Below, piece by piece: positions 18,081 through 27,154 of a DNA stretch of 64,000 nt (position 1 is its first letter; each line of letters starts with the position of its first letter). Made by a program: the position numbers and the translations under genes. This DNA comes from a virus, in the IMG/VR virus record IMGVR_UViG_2922401287_000005, positions 29,641-93,640 of that record. One strand, written 5' to 3'. The notes beneath the pieces were generated by a model. That model did no database searches. It was given only the letters and a program-made list of their open reading frames with translations, and was not told the origin of the DNA.

Positions 18081-18458
18081 TCAGAGCAGCGGCACCAGCA
18101 CGTTCACCTCGTCGACCTGCAACAGGCCGGCGCGTGATGGATGCGGGTCATGGGCTAGCTTGCCGTCGCGATAGACCACTGCGTGGAGCACGCCCCGCTC
18201 GGCGGGGCCGTAGGCGAGATAGTGGACGCCAGAGGTGCGCAGCCAGTAGTCGAAGTCGCCGTTGCGCAGGGCCAGGATCGCCATGCCGCGCGAACGCACG
18301 AAGTTGTGAAAGCCGGCCCAGAAGCCCTCTTCGCAATCGTGGAAGTTTGGTACCTGATGGAGCGGAAGCTCCAAGATCGAGGCGACGGCGGCCTGCTGGC
18401 AGTTGCCGCGAGCGCCGGTCTCCTTGTCGTGGAATTTGTCTTGGTCGACAGGCTTCAT
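18081..18458 (-). CDS. Phage hypothetical protein
   Basis: MKPVDQ...GNCQQAAVASILEL...HAVVYRDG.LAHDPHP; peptidase-like Cys/His pattern. Confidence 0.65.
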   Translation of the reverse strand: MKPVDQDKFHDKETGARGNCQQAAVASILELPLHQVPNFHDCEEGFWAGFHNFVRSRGMAILALRNGDFDYWLRTSGVHYLAYGPAERGVLHAVVYRDGKLAHDPHPSRAGLLQVDEVNVLVPLL

Positions 18459-18548
18459 GGAGCTCTCGATCCCGATGCTGATCTGTGGTTTAACCCGCGC
18501 CTCGATACCCCTGTGGGGCGATTCCACGCGAAGCCAAGCAGTGCCAAG

Positions 18549-18767
18549 ATGGACGAACACTTCAAAATCATACGAAACGGCGTCGGCGAGAACGCACGAC
18601 CGACCGGCCTAATCCGCATCAAGCAGCTCAACCTCAAGGAGGGCCGCCTCCAGTATCAGTGGCGCGGATCGAAGGGAGCGGCGTGGATCGACGTTCCGTA
18701 TGTGGACGTGAACGGCAAGGAGGTCAGTCCCCTCCACTTCATGCTTCCGTCCGGTGGGAAGAACTGA
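18549..18767 (+). CDS. Counter-oriented hypothetical protein (72 aa), moron-like
   Basis: MDEHFKIIRNG... in a gap of the minus-strand operon; lower GC. Confidence 0.5.
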   Translation: MDEHFKIIRNGVGENARPTGLIRIKQLNLKEGRLQYQWRGSKGAAWIDVPYVDVNGKEVSPLHFMLPSGGKN

Positions 18768-18770
18768 AGC

Positions 18771-19004
18771 TCAGCGCGTCACGGCTCCGACGACGCGCTC
18801 GCATGCGTCGCACATGAAGTACGGCTCATCGAAGCGACAGAGCTTGCCGCAGGTCGTGCATTCGACCGCCGGCAGGAACGTGATGTGCGTCGGCTTGACC
18901 GTGATCGGCCGGTTGATCTGCTTGAGGAGCTGCAGCAGGCTCTCCTCAGTGAGCGGCTTGGCCTCGTCGGCCGGATTGCGCAGCGGCCCGATGTCGATCT
19001 TCAC
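18771..19004 (-). CDS. Small Zn-finger protein
   Basis: CTTC and CDAC; GTG 19004. Confidence 0.55.
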   Translation of the reverse strand: MKIDIGPLRNPADEAKPLTEESLLQLLKQINRPITVKPTHITFLPAVECTTCGKLCRFDEPYFMCDACERVVGAVTR

Positions 19005-19132
19005 AGCTCGACGCCTCGCCGTTCGAGCTCGTCCTCGACCGCGGTGAAGGCGCCCTCGAGGGGCGCGAGCATCATCGCCATCGTGGCGATCATGGCGTTG
19101 CGCCATGCGAGCAGGAACAGCGTCGGGATCAT
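19001..19132 (-). CDS. Small hypothetical protein (43 aa)
   Basis: MIPTLFLLAWRN...; coupled overlaps on both sides. Confidence 0.45.
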   Translation of the reverse strand: MIPTLFLLAWRNAMIATMAMMLAPLEGAFTAVEDELERRGVEL

Positions 19133-19530
19133 CACAGCTCCTGCAGTGCGGGCTTGGATCGCGGCGGGATGACCGACAGGTCGATCTCGCCGATGAAGCC
19201 GCCGTGCACCAGCGTGTAGGCGACGCGGCCGTGCGGCTTCCTGCCGAAGTTCTCATCCGAGTTGGCCTTGCCGAGGATGTGGCAGCGGCCGAGCAGGCCG
19301 TCTGCCGAGAGCGCCTCGCAGATCGCCATGACGAGATCGCCGTGCGAGGACGCCTCCTCGGTCCACGCCACCGCGATCAGGTCGATGTCGCGGGCGAGGC
19401 TGCCGTGCACAGCGACCGCGTAGCCGCGGTCGCGCGCCACCGTCCGGATCGTCGGCAGCATGCTGTCGAGCAGCGACTGGCAGAACGCGCCGGTCGCGAA
19501 GCGGACGGCTACGGGCTGGGTGTCTTTCAT
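19132..19530 (-). CDS. Hypothetical protein, possible minimal nucleotidyltransferase
   Basis: VAVHGSLARDIDLIAV (GS..DxD pattern). Confidence 0.55.
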   Translation of the reverse strand: MKDTQPVAVRFATGAFCQSLLDSMLPTIRTVARDRGYAVAVHGSLARDIDLIAVAWTEEASSHGDLVMAICEALSADGLLGRCHILGKANSDENFGRKPHGRVAYTLVHGGFIGEIDLSVIPPRSKPALQEL

Positions 19531-19745
19531 GATGCCCTCTTCAGTCGACACGCAGGAAACCAGCCGCTCTTTGGTCCGCTGTAGGAGGCGAAATACGCCA
19601 CCTGAAACGAGAGCCCTTCCGGGTTGACGGCAATCGCGACGACCTTGCCTACGACGCCCACGTCGATCATGACGGCGTCGCCAAGATCGAACGGCATATC
19701 GAGGATGGCGCCGTTCTCGTCCATCGTGAGGATGCGGGCGATCAC
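19527..19745 (-). CDS. Hypothetical protein (72 aa, SH3-like)
   Basis: FDLGDAV...GKVVAI...YQVAY pattern. Confidence 0.55.
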   Translation of the reverse strand: MIARILTMDENGAILDMPFDLGDAVMIDVGVVGKVVAIAVNPEGLSFQVAYFASYSGPKSGWFPACRLKRAS

Positions 19746-20161
19746 TTGCTCTTGCCCGTCGGCGCCATCGGGAACAGGCTGGCCGCCACCTTGATCTCGA
19801 AGGTGCTGTCGTCGATCTTGCGGACCACGCCGCGCTCGTCGTCGAACATCTCGTCGCCCAGGCGGGGGACGTAGCCGAACGAGAACACGAAGGCGTGCAT
19901 CAGCTCGCGCGGCTTGATCGCGGCCTCCGACGTGGAGCCGGTGATGCGGATCTTGCCGAGGTCGTCGCCGGTCCCGAGCTGAAGGACGTAGCGCTCCGCC
20001 TTGGCGGCGCCGCAGACCGTGGTCGGGATCGTGACCAGCAGCTGCGGCTCGGTGCCCGGCTTGGACTGCCCGGTGCCGCGCACCTTGGGACGCATGTAGG
20101 TCAGCTTCGCCGTCGGCGGCTGATTGGTCTTGGTGACCGTCTCGATCTCTTCAAAGGCCAT
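19742..20161 (-). CDS. Hypothetical protein (139 aa)
   Basis: Start MAFEEIE at 20161; strong GC3 bias. Confidence 0.65.
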   Translation of the reverse strand: MAFEEIETVTKTNQPPTAKLTYMRPKVRGTGQSKPGTEPQLLVTIPTTVCGAAKAERYVLQLGTGDDLGKIRITGSTSEAAIKPRELMHAFVFSFGYVPRLGDEMFDDERGVVRKIDDSTFEIKVAASLFPMAPTGKSK

Positions 20162-20211
20162 TGGTCTGGTCCTTGGGGTGATGCAGTGGGGGACTGCGGG
20201 GATGCAGCCGC

Positions 20212-20391
20212 TCAGCGGCGGCTGAAGTCGAATTGCTCGTCGCGCACCGGCTGGGGACGCGAGAGCATCCACGACCATTCGGTGAAGGACATCGAGAGCA
20301 GCAGCTTGCCGTCCTTCTCGATGTAGATCCGCTCGTGCTTGGCGGACTGGTAGATTTGGTAGGGGTTGGAGGGCACCGCCGGGACGCTCAT
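20212..20391 (-). CDS. Hypothetical protein (59 aa)
   Basis: MSVPAVPSNPYQ...; overlaps the upstream stop. Confidence 0.5.
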   Translation of the reverse strand: MSVPAVPSNPYQIYQSAKHERIYIEKDGKLLLSMSFTEWSWMLSRPQPVRDEQFDFSRR

Positions 20392-20594
20392 GCGTGTGCG
20401 GTCACCTTGTGCAGCGACTTGACGAGCAGCTCCCCGTGATGGAGCCGCCGCTTCAGGTCGAACCACATCACCTTGACGAACTTGTCGCCGGGGATGGTGA
20501 CGGTGAGCGGCACGTAGGGCTGCCCCTTGATCGCAACGACGTCGCCGACAGCCAGGTCGGCGCCGTTCTCGATGTCAACGCGAACCTCGGCCAT
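20388..20594 (-). CDS. YodC/DUF2158-like small protein
   Basis: LAVGDVVAIKG...LTVT...VKVMWFD. Confidence 0.6.
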   Translation of the reverse strand: MAEVRVDIENGADLAVGDVVAIKGQPYVPLTVTIPGDKFVKVMWFDLKRRLHHGELLVKSLHKVTAHA

Positions 20595-20776
20595 CAGCGC
20601 GAGCCCTTCGGCACGCAGACGAAGTAGAGCGTCGAGGCCCAGCCGTCGAACTTCTCCTTGGCCGCGCGCGCCGCTTGAACGCAGGAGCGCTCGTCGGCGA
20701 ACTCGGCGGTGGTGATCGAGCCGGCGCTGTGCGCCGACCCGACGTACATCAGTGCGATCAGGATGTAGGCGGGCAT
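20594..20776 (-). CDS. Small exported or membrane protein
   Basis: Hydrophobic N-terminus; F...SC.AA...CVPK motif. Confidence 0.6.
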   Translation of the reverse strand: MPAYILIALMYVGSAHSAGSITTAEFADERSCVQAARAAKEKFDGWASTLYFVCVPKGSR

Positions 20777-21213
20777 GGGGGACCGTGGGGATTGTTGTGG
20801 AGGCTTGCAGACCCCCGACGATGTTTCGCCCCATCGCCTTACAGCGGGCTGGTTTGGTCGCCGGTTTCTTTGCCTTCAGTCGGGACGTGCCTTTCTCCGA
20901 CTTCCGCTGTGGAGGGTATCTCTCCCCCGCTCCGGGCACGTGGCTCCCCGGTCAGCGCGGCTTGCATGGCGGGGTCCGTTGACCGAGCCGTTGCCACGGC
21001 AGTCTCGGGCGGATACCCCTGGGTGTGTGAAGTGAAACGCGACAGCCCGCCCTATACGGCGTCCCGACCGCGCACGGGCGCGGCGGGCGGGCTTGTGTGG
21101 GCGAGAGAGCCGGGCGCTCGTTTGACACTTGGCGTCAACGAAGCGACGGACGGCGCCCTGCTCTCTCGGATCGTCGGGGCTACGCGATACAAGCGCCCCT
21201 ATCTCGTAGAAAA

Positions 21214-21474
21214 CTAGGTGTACTCGAGGTGCTCGATCGTTGCGATCAGCAGGTTCGAGCGGCAGATGTCTTGGTTCATGTTGAACCAAACGACCGCCGC
21301 GATGTGACCCTCGATGTGCTCGATGGTGACCGGCACCTCGTCGCCCTTGGTCATGACGACGTCGCCGACCTTGAAGTCGTGCTCCGGCACCGTCCACGGA
21401 TCGGCCTCGACGCGCTCGCCGAACTTCTCTTCGGTCTCGACGGTCTCATTGATAGTCTGATCGCCAGTGGTCAC
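21214..21474 (-). CDS. YodC/DUF2158-like small protein
   Basis: FKVGDVVMTKG...VTIE...VVWF; GTG start with AAGGA RBS. Confidence 0.6.
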   Translation of the reverse strand: MTTGDQTINETVETEEKFGERVEADPWTVPEHDFKVGDVVMTKGDEVPVTIEHIEGHIAAVVWFNMNQDICRSNLLIATIEHLEYT

Positions 21475-21833
21475 TGGGTGGGGTCCTTCGCAGTGTGGGG
21501 GTGGACGTGTGGGGGTGGAATTGGCTTCAGTGATGCCCGCATCGCGCGCGCATCCAACGGCGGCTGTCGCCCCGATCCCGCAAGCCTTGGGCCCGGCCAC
21601 GGGTCTCCGCTGAGTCCTCGGCCAGTCCGCGATTGGGTTGCTGGCGCACAGGGGATCTGGACCGTTCAACGAAGGCCGCTTGCGGTACCTGAAACGCTGA
21701 CCTGACCAGCGGCCCGTAGCGCCCACCTTCGTTGAACGGATTGATGCGGCGGTGTTTTCGGCGAACCTCTGCCTACCATTAAGCGCCCCGCAAACGGCGC
21801 ACCGCGAGAGGGCCCATCTAGGGGCCCTTTGAA

Positions 21834-22139
21834 CTAGATGACCTTGAAGTACTCGCGCCCGAAGAACACCGGGTGGCGACCGCGCCATGTCGAGCCGCGG
21901 CGAAGCCAGCGCCTCAGATGCTGCGGGCTGCGGAAGCGGTAGACGATCCTGGCCGTCCAGTTGCCGTATCCGTAGATGCGCTTGATGCCATCGAGCAGCG
22001 CGAGCCGGCTGGCCTCAGCCTCTTCGCCGCCGCGCGCGATATGCGGCGTGGTCTCGTCGACCACGATGTCACCGTACTCCGCGTCCTCGTCGACGTTGAA
22101 GCACTCGATCACGACCAGCTCGTTGCGGCGGCGCTTCAT
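21834..22139 (-). CDS. Hypothetical protein (101 aa)
   Basis: MKRRRNELVVIECF...; coding-like GC3. Confidence 0.55.
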   Translation of the reverse strand: MKRRRNELVVIECFNVDEDAEYGDIVVDETTPHIARGGEEAEASRLALLDGIKRIYGYGNWTARIVYRFRSPQHLRRWLRRGSTWRGRHPVFFGREYFKVI

Positions 22140-22147
22140 GAGGACCT

Positions 22148-22642
22148 TCAGAATGGGAGCGCGGCTGCCGGGCAGATGCCGGCCAAGTAGCGCAGCGCAC
22201 GGACAGCCAGATCGAGCTCGGTCGGCGGCTGCGCGTCGACGAACAGCGTCATCGCGAGCTGGTCGGAGCAGCGCTTGGTCGAGCCCCTGATCTCGCACAC
22301 GGCGCCGGCGCGACCCGGGACGGTGAGAGCGGCGTACTTGGCGCCGCGCGAAACGCGGCGCTCGTCGGACAGCCTGTCGAACGAGATCGTCTCGACGATG
22401 GGCCCATCCCGGTGCCGCAGCGTGAAGGTGCACTTCTCGCCGGGAGCGTGGTTCACCTCGAACTTCTCGCCGATGTGCCCCTCGTCCTCGTCGTGGACGC
22501 CGATCTGGTCCTGCAGGTTGTTCTCGAGGGCGAAGATCCGCGCAGCGGCTGCGACCGGCTTCATGGCCTCGGGGATGTCGCCGGCCGCGACCGGCGAGAG
22601 CAATGCTGCGAGCGCAGCGGCGGCGATCCTGGCGGTCCACAT
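22148..22642 (-). CDS. Secreted hypothetical protein
   Basis: Signal peptide MWTARIAAAALAALLSPVAAG. Confidence 0.65.
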   Translation of the reverse strand: MWTARIAAAALAALLSPVAAGDIPEAMKPVAAAARIFALENNLQDQIGVHDEDEGHIGEKFEVNHAPGEKCTFTLRHRDGPIVETISFDRLSDERRVSRGAKYAALTVPGRAGAVCEIRGSTKRCSDQLAMTLFVDAQPPTELDLAVRALRYLAGICPAAALPF

Positions 22643-22670
22643 GGAGCCGACGCATATCACCGGCCGCGAT

Positions 22671-22746
22671 TGGTGCCAAGGGATGGGGTCGAACCACCGA
22701 CGCCCGCGCCTTCAACGCGGCGCTCTACCGGCTGAGCTACCTTGGC
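22671..22746 (-). tRNA. tRNA-Phe (GAA)
   Basis: 76-nt cloverleaf: GCCAAGG/CCTTGGC acceptor, GCTC/GAGC D-stem, CCGCG-TTGAAGG-CGCGG anticodon arm, TTCGA T-loop, encoded CCA. Confidence 0.92.
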
Positions 22747-23289
22747 GAATTGGAAGCGCCTGACGGAGGTTTTCCGGAATCCCCCGCTCACACCGTCGAA
22801 CGGGCGACGGCGACCCGGCGACACCAGACCGGATTGCGGTGCTACTTGCCTTCCGTGGCTGTTCGGCACCTATCTCGAAACGATTGCAGGCGGGCCGACA
22901 TGCCCTGACCCCTTCGGCGCCGCAGACGTGCAGCGCACCTGCACTGCGAGACCCCACAGGGTGGCACCCCACTGAGCCCCGCGAATGAGCAGCCCTGCCC
23001 CCGGCGCGACCGGGTTCAATCGAACCGCCGCTGCGTATTGCCATGGTGCGCAGCGGCGACAAGATCGGGAGGCGTCCTGAGACGCGCAGGGCATGAAACT
23101 GACTGAGGGACCGCCTCCGACAGAGACGGCCCCTCGATAGTCGGTCACGACGAACTGACAAACAATGCGCGAAGGAGCGGTACGAGCACCTCGTTGCATC
23201 GGGGGCGCGTATAGCGCGCCCCGCCAGCACGATGGAAGAAAAATCTTGGTCTCACGATCAGTAATTCGTGAGTGCCCGGCGTGGAGACT

Positions 23290-23541
23290 TCACCACCACG
23301 CATCCACGATCTGGTCTTGCGGTACGAAGGCCTTACCGCCGTCGAGCACGTAGACGCGGGCGCCCATCTCGGGGACGATCACCTTGGTGATCACTCGCGG
23401 CGTGTTCGGGAAGCACTTGGTGCGGACCGTCATGCCGGCGCGGTAGCCGCGCACGTGATCGAAGGCGCGTTCAGTGGCGGTCCGCGCAGGACCGAGGGCG
23501 CGGAAGCCATCGCGGAACGTGACGCTTCCCACCGGGGTCAC
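23290..23541 (-). CDS. Hypothetical protein (83 aa)
   Basis: GTG 23541 overlaps the upstream stop. Confidence 0.45.
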   Translation of the reverse strand: MTPVGSVTFRDGFRALGPARTATERAFDHVRGYRAGMTVRTKCFPNTPRVITKVIVPEMGARVYVLDGGKAFVPQDQIVDAWW

Positions 23542-23747
23542 GCGCGCACCAGACCGTTGGCCTCGGTGAGCGAGCCCGCCTCGATCTGGCGGAGCCGCCG
23601 CGCCACTGCGCGGGGACCGTTGAGACCGTTCTTGTAGTAGGCGGCGGTGCGCTGACCGCGTGTGAGCCGGCGGGTGTAGCGGCGGGAGACATAGCTGCCG
23701 GCGGCCGCCGCTTGAGCAGCTGCCGCTGAGAGTGCACGTTTGAACAT
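23538..23747 (-). CDS. Small basic hypothetical protein
   Basis: 69 aa, Arg-rich, GPRAVARRLRQI. Confidence 0.6.
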   Translation of the reverse strand: MFKRALSAAAAQAAAAGSYVSRRYTRRLTRGQRTAAYYKNGLNGPRAVARRLRQIEAGSLTEANGLVRA

Positions 23748-23961
23748 GGTGGGGACCTGCGTGGGTGCTTGACATGGAAATGCCCGGGCTGGGCCCGGGC
23801 ATGATGGTTGCCGCTGTTCTCAAAGCCGGATGCGCCCCCACGGACATCACAGCGAGGGCCCGACGGGAGACCAATCTCGTCGGCTAGGCACGCGGCTCTC
23901 CCCATGGCCTAGAGGTGGCCCCGCCCCTGTTGGTCCAGAGGCGAGGCCGTTGTTGTGGTCG

Positions 23962-24474
23962 TTACCGCGCGGCGGGAGCCGCAGGAGCCGCAGCAGCGGC
24001 AGGGTCAGCAGCAGGAGCAGCGGCCGGTGCCTGAGTGGCGTCGGTCGGGGCGGCAGCGGGAGCCTCGCCGGCGCCGGAAGCCGGGCCGCTGTTCATGTCA
24101 CCGGTCGGAGCCGACGCCACCGGCGGATTGAGCACGGTGTTGGCGGTGGCGACCAGCGACGTCAGCGTGTTCACGACGCTGTCGATGTTGGCCGCGGAGG
24201 CTTCGACGACATGCGGGTCGACGCCCGGCGCTTGGCTCGCGACGCTGGCGAGCTTCTGGGTCTCGGTCTGGATGACGCCGATGACCTGCGGCAGCAGGTT
24301 GAGCAACGCGGCGACGGCGGTGGTGAGATGATCCTGTTCAGCGGACATATGCTGCAGCTCCAGTTCAAGGTGAGCCATCCGCTCCTCCATGGAGAGGTGC
24401 GAAGGACGAGATGCGCGGCGCTGATTGCGCTTGGCGCGGTGGATGTTGATGAGGTCGAGTAGTTCAGCGAACAT
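23962..24474 (-). CDS. Coiled-coil protein with Ala/Pro-rich tail
   Basis: 170 aa ORF. Confidence 0.65.
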   Translation of the reverse strand: MFAELLDLINIHRAKRNQRRASRPSHLSMEERMAHLELELQHMSAEQDHLTTAVAALLNLLPQVIGVIQTETQKLASVASQAPGVDPHVVEASAANIDSVVNTLTSLVATANTVLNPPVASAPTGDMNSGPASGAGEAPAAAPTDATQAPAAAPAADPAAAAAPAAPAAR

Positions 24475-24656
24475 CAGGCGATCTCCGGTGGGGCGCCTTC
24501 TTTGGCGAAACCGATCAGGTCGATGAGCGCGTCGCGCTCGCGCTGCTGGCGCGAGCCGATCAGCGGCGCGGCTGGCGGGAGAGAGCGCGTGAAGCGCTCG
24601 ATCTCGTGCTACAGCCGCAGATACTGAAACGTGGTGAAGGGAACGACGTTGGACAC
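24474..24656 (-). pseudogene. Small gene interrupted by an in-frame TAG
   Basis: VSNVVPFTTFQYLRL*HEIERFTRSL...PEIA; TAG at 24609-24611; final TGA overlaps the next start. Confidence 0.5.
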
Positions 24657-24658
24657 CG

Positions 24659-25075
24659 TCAGAGCCCCGTCTGGATCGCCGGGAAGTCGGGGTGCCCCGG
24701 ATGGGGCCGCGACTGGGTGGGAAGCCCGAGCTTGGCGCGGACCTTGATCTTGTTCGCGGTGTCCATCGCGTACCCGCCGTCGACCACGGTGCGGAACGTG
24801 ATGCCGTGACCCTTCAGCGTCTTGCGCAGCTTGCTGAGGTGGACGTCCACCGTCTTGTCGCACGGCAGATCGCAGTCCGGCCGGTGGCCGTACAGCATCG
24901 CGTAGAGCGCGTCGTGGGTGACGAAGGAGCGGTTCAGCAGCATGCCGAGGATCTTCGGCTGCGTGGCACCGGTGAGGCCGAAGGCCAGGCGCAGCTGCAC
25001 GAGGAACGGCTCGTCGACGCCGAGGATCGCCTCCAGCTGGGCAACGCGATCGCGCAGCGCTTCGAGCTCAGTCAT
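24659..25075 (-). CDS. Winged-helix (OmpR C-terminal-like) DNA-binding protein
   Basis: KTVDVHLSKLRKTL...RTVVDGGY; no receiver domain. Confidence 0.8.
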   Translation of the reverse strand: MTELEALRDRVAQLEAILGVDEPFLVQLRLAFGLTGATQPKILGMLLNRSFVTHDALYAMLYGHRPDCDLPCDKTVDVHLSKLRKTLKGHGITFRTVVDGGYAMDTANKIKVRAKLGLPTQSRPHPGHPDFPAIQTGL

Positions 25076-25421
25076 GCGTCCCCGCTTCGGCGCCGTTGAA
25101 ATGCACGCATAGCGGATCGGAGCCGGCCTCGAAGGATCGGCACACGTCCGGACGGTCCTCGTAGATCGTGCAGCGGCCGTCGGCGCCGAGCTTCGGGCAC
25201 GTCCACTCGAAGGTGGCGTAAGACCGCCCGCTCTCCGGATCGACGTAGCTCGACAGCGGCGCGATGGGCTCGAACGGCAGACCGTGCGCGCGCGCCTGCG
25301 CGCTCACGTCCTTGTCGGTCCAGACCGTCAGCGGCTCGCCGTTCTGCGACAGATGCATCACCCGGCAGCACTGACCGGGCGCGTAGCAGCGATCACAGAG
25401 GCTCACCGCGACTTTTCCCAC
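25068..25421 (-). CDS. YkgJ-family cysteine cluster protein
   Basis: CxxC...CC and CPKLGADGRCTIYEDRPDVCRSF. Confidence 0.8.
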   Translation of the reverse strand: MGKVAVSLCDRCYAPGQCCRVMHLSQNGEPLTVWTDKDVSAQARAHGLPFEPIAPLSSYVDPESGRSYATFEWTCPKLGADGRCTIYEDRPDVCRSFEAGSDPLCVHFNGAEAGTHD

Positions 25422-25822
25422 TCTCGCTCGCGATACTCGCGCAGCTCGATGCGATAGCTGTCGGCTTCCTCATAGACCCGGACCGGGATCACCCGGCTCT
25501 CGGTATCCTTGTGAGTGTCCTTCAGCAGTTCGACCGCCTCGGCCTTGGTCCACCGGATGGTGTCGCCCCAGATGCCTTGGCAGTCGTTGGCGAGGGCCCA
25601 CGCCTCGGTGCCGCCGTGCAACTGGATATTGCAGGCCGGGCACCTCGGGCCGAACTCGTCGGTGTTGAGGACGGACGCGCGCGGGTCAGCCGCGTCGAAG
25701 AAGTGCTCGCACTCCTCGCAGACCAGCCGGAGGTCCGGCTGCGCGGGCGCCTTGCAGCTGTCCTTGATGCAGGCTGCGAGCGTGAAGCAGCTCTCGGAGC
25801 AGTGCAGCGGGAAGCTCTTCAT
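25403..25822 (-). CDS. Zn-ribbon hypothetical protein
   Basis: CEEC and CPAC. Confidence 0.6.
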   Translation of the reverse strand: MKSFPLHCSESCFTLAACIKDSCKAPAQPDLRLVCEECEHFFDAADPRASVLNTDEFGPRCPACNIQLHGGTEAWALANDCQGIWGDTIRWTKAEAVELLKDTHKDTESRVIPVRVYEEADSYRIELREYREREWEKSR

Positions 25823-26070
25823 CAGATCGGCCTGTAGTTCGCCGGGTGCGCGAAGTAGAGCTCGAGGTCGGCGACCTTGAAGTGCGCGACGACGAGATAC
25901 TCGGGCACGCCCAGCTGATGCTTCAGCTCGTGCACCTTGGCGACCGCCTTCTCCCGGGTGGAGGCCGCGACGAACCAGCAGGACCGGTTGTCGTCGCAGT
26001 AGGCGATCGCCATAAACGGGTTGAGCCTGATCTCGTCGAGCGAGAGGAAGCCGGTGCCGCCGTTAGCCAC
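25822..26070 (-). CDS. Hypothetical protein (82 aa)
   Basis: ORF in operon with coupled overlaps. Confidence 0.55.
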   Translation of the reverse strand: MANGGTGFLSLDEIRLNPFMAIAYCDDNRSCWFVAASTREKAVAKVHELKHQLGVPEYLVVAHFKVADLELYFAHPANYRPI

Positions 26071-26629
26071 GTCGGGCGCGCTCGGCCAGCATCAGCTCGG
26101 CGACGTCGTAAGCGGTCGAGGCCAGGTCGCGATGATCGACGACGCAGGAGGCCAACAGCCCGGACATCGCATGAGCCGCGAACACGTCGCGCATGTAGGC
26201 GACGGCTTCGGGGTCCAGCTCGGGAGCTTTGGTGGTGGACCCCGGAGGGGCGACCAGAAGGTCGCTAAGGTCAGCGCCCGTGCCGGGGCCCGGCTTCGCT
26301 TGAGCTGCGCCGGTCCCGACCATCGTCTCCACCCCGGAGGCCGCGGCCTGACCGAGTACCGCCGGGTCGAGGACCTTGAACACATCCTCGGAGCGGTACC
26401 GCGAGAGCGGGTCGGGCGCCTGACGGCCAGCGATGATGTCGGGCGGAGCGACGCCATCCAGCGGACGGTTGAAGTTGCCGAAGGGCGGAGTGTGAAAGAC
26501 GACCCCGGGCGGGACCTCGATGGTCGGCGTGTCCCCGAACAGGACGCGCGACAGCTCCTCGACCGTGCGAGGCGCGTTGTTGCGAGCCGGCTCGAACACG
26601 ATCGAGCCGACGGTGAGGTCTTTCGACAT
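26063..26629 (-). CDS. Phage hypothetical protein
   Basis: C-terminal MRDVFAAHAMSGLL...AYDVAELMLAER motif common in phage proteins. Confidence 0.65.
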   Translation of the reverse strand: MSKDLTVGSIVFEPARNNAPRTVEELSRVLFGDTPTIEVPPGVVFHTPPFGNFNRPLDGVAPPDIIAGRQAPDPLSRYRSEDVFKVLDPAVLGQAAASGVETMVGTGAAQAKPGPGTGADLSDLLVAPPGSTTKAPELDPEAVAYMRDVFAAHAMSGLLASCVVDHRDLASTAYDVAELMLAERARRG

Positions 26630-27154
26630 CGAGGGGTCCAACGATGGGGGCTGAGCGGAACTGGACGGGGACGTCCAATGGTGTTTCCCCACCTCCCCCT
26701 TCCCGGCCAGGATGGGCGGGGTCGGGACGGAAGCGGGGGCGGAAAGCGACGGAGGCCAGCGTCAGCCGTGCCTAGGAGGGCTGGCGCTGACCTCACGTGA
26801 CCGGCTATCGGAGGGCCGGATCGGGGGAAACTGGTTGGGGACTACGAGGGACGTCGTCGCGGGGTGACGCGGGACCATCGGGACCGCGCGGTCTCCGGTC
26901 CGGGTGACCGGGCGCAGCTTCCCGTTAGGAGGTACCCTCATGGATACCTTCCCCCAAATCTGACGATGTTCCTGAGTGAACGGCACACCCTCGCTTGATG
27001 CTCGGGGTGCCTCATGACGCAGTGGTGGCCGCGCCCGGGCGTGTGTAGGCCACGGTTTTGACAGAAAAAACAAGATTAATTTGCGTTTACGACTTGGAAC
27101 AGAGGGTCGATGCACCGGCTAAACGGCTTGAAGCATCGACAGGATCGGCTCTGA

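Noticed and set aside
22751-22854. GGAAG...CTTCCA unit as a second tRNA or tRNA-Sec
   Set aside because: No canonical T-loop or anticodon arm, and pairing stops after 5 bp; kept only as an ncRNA candidate
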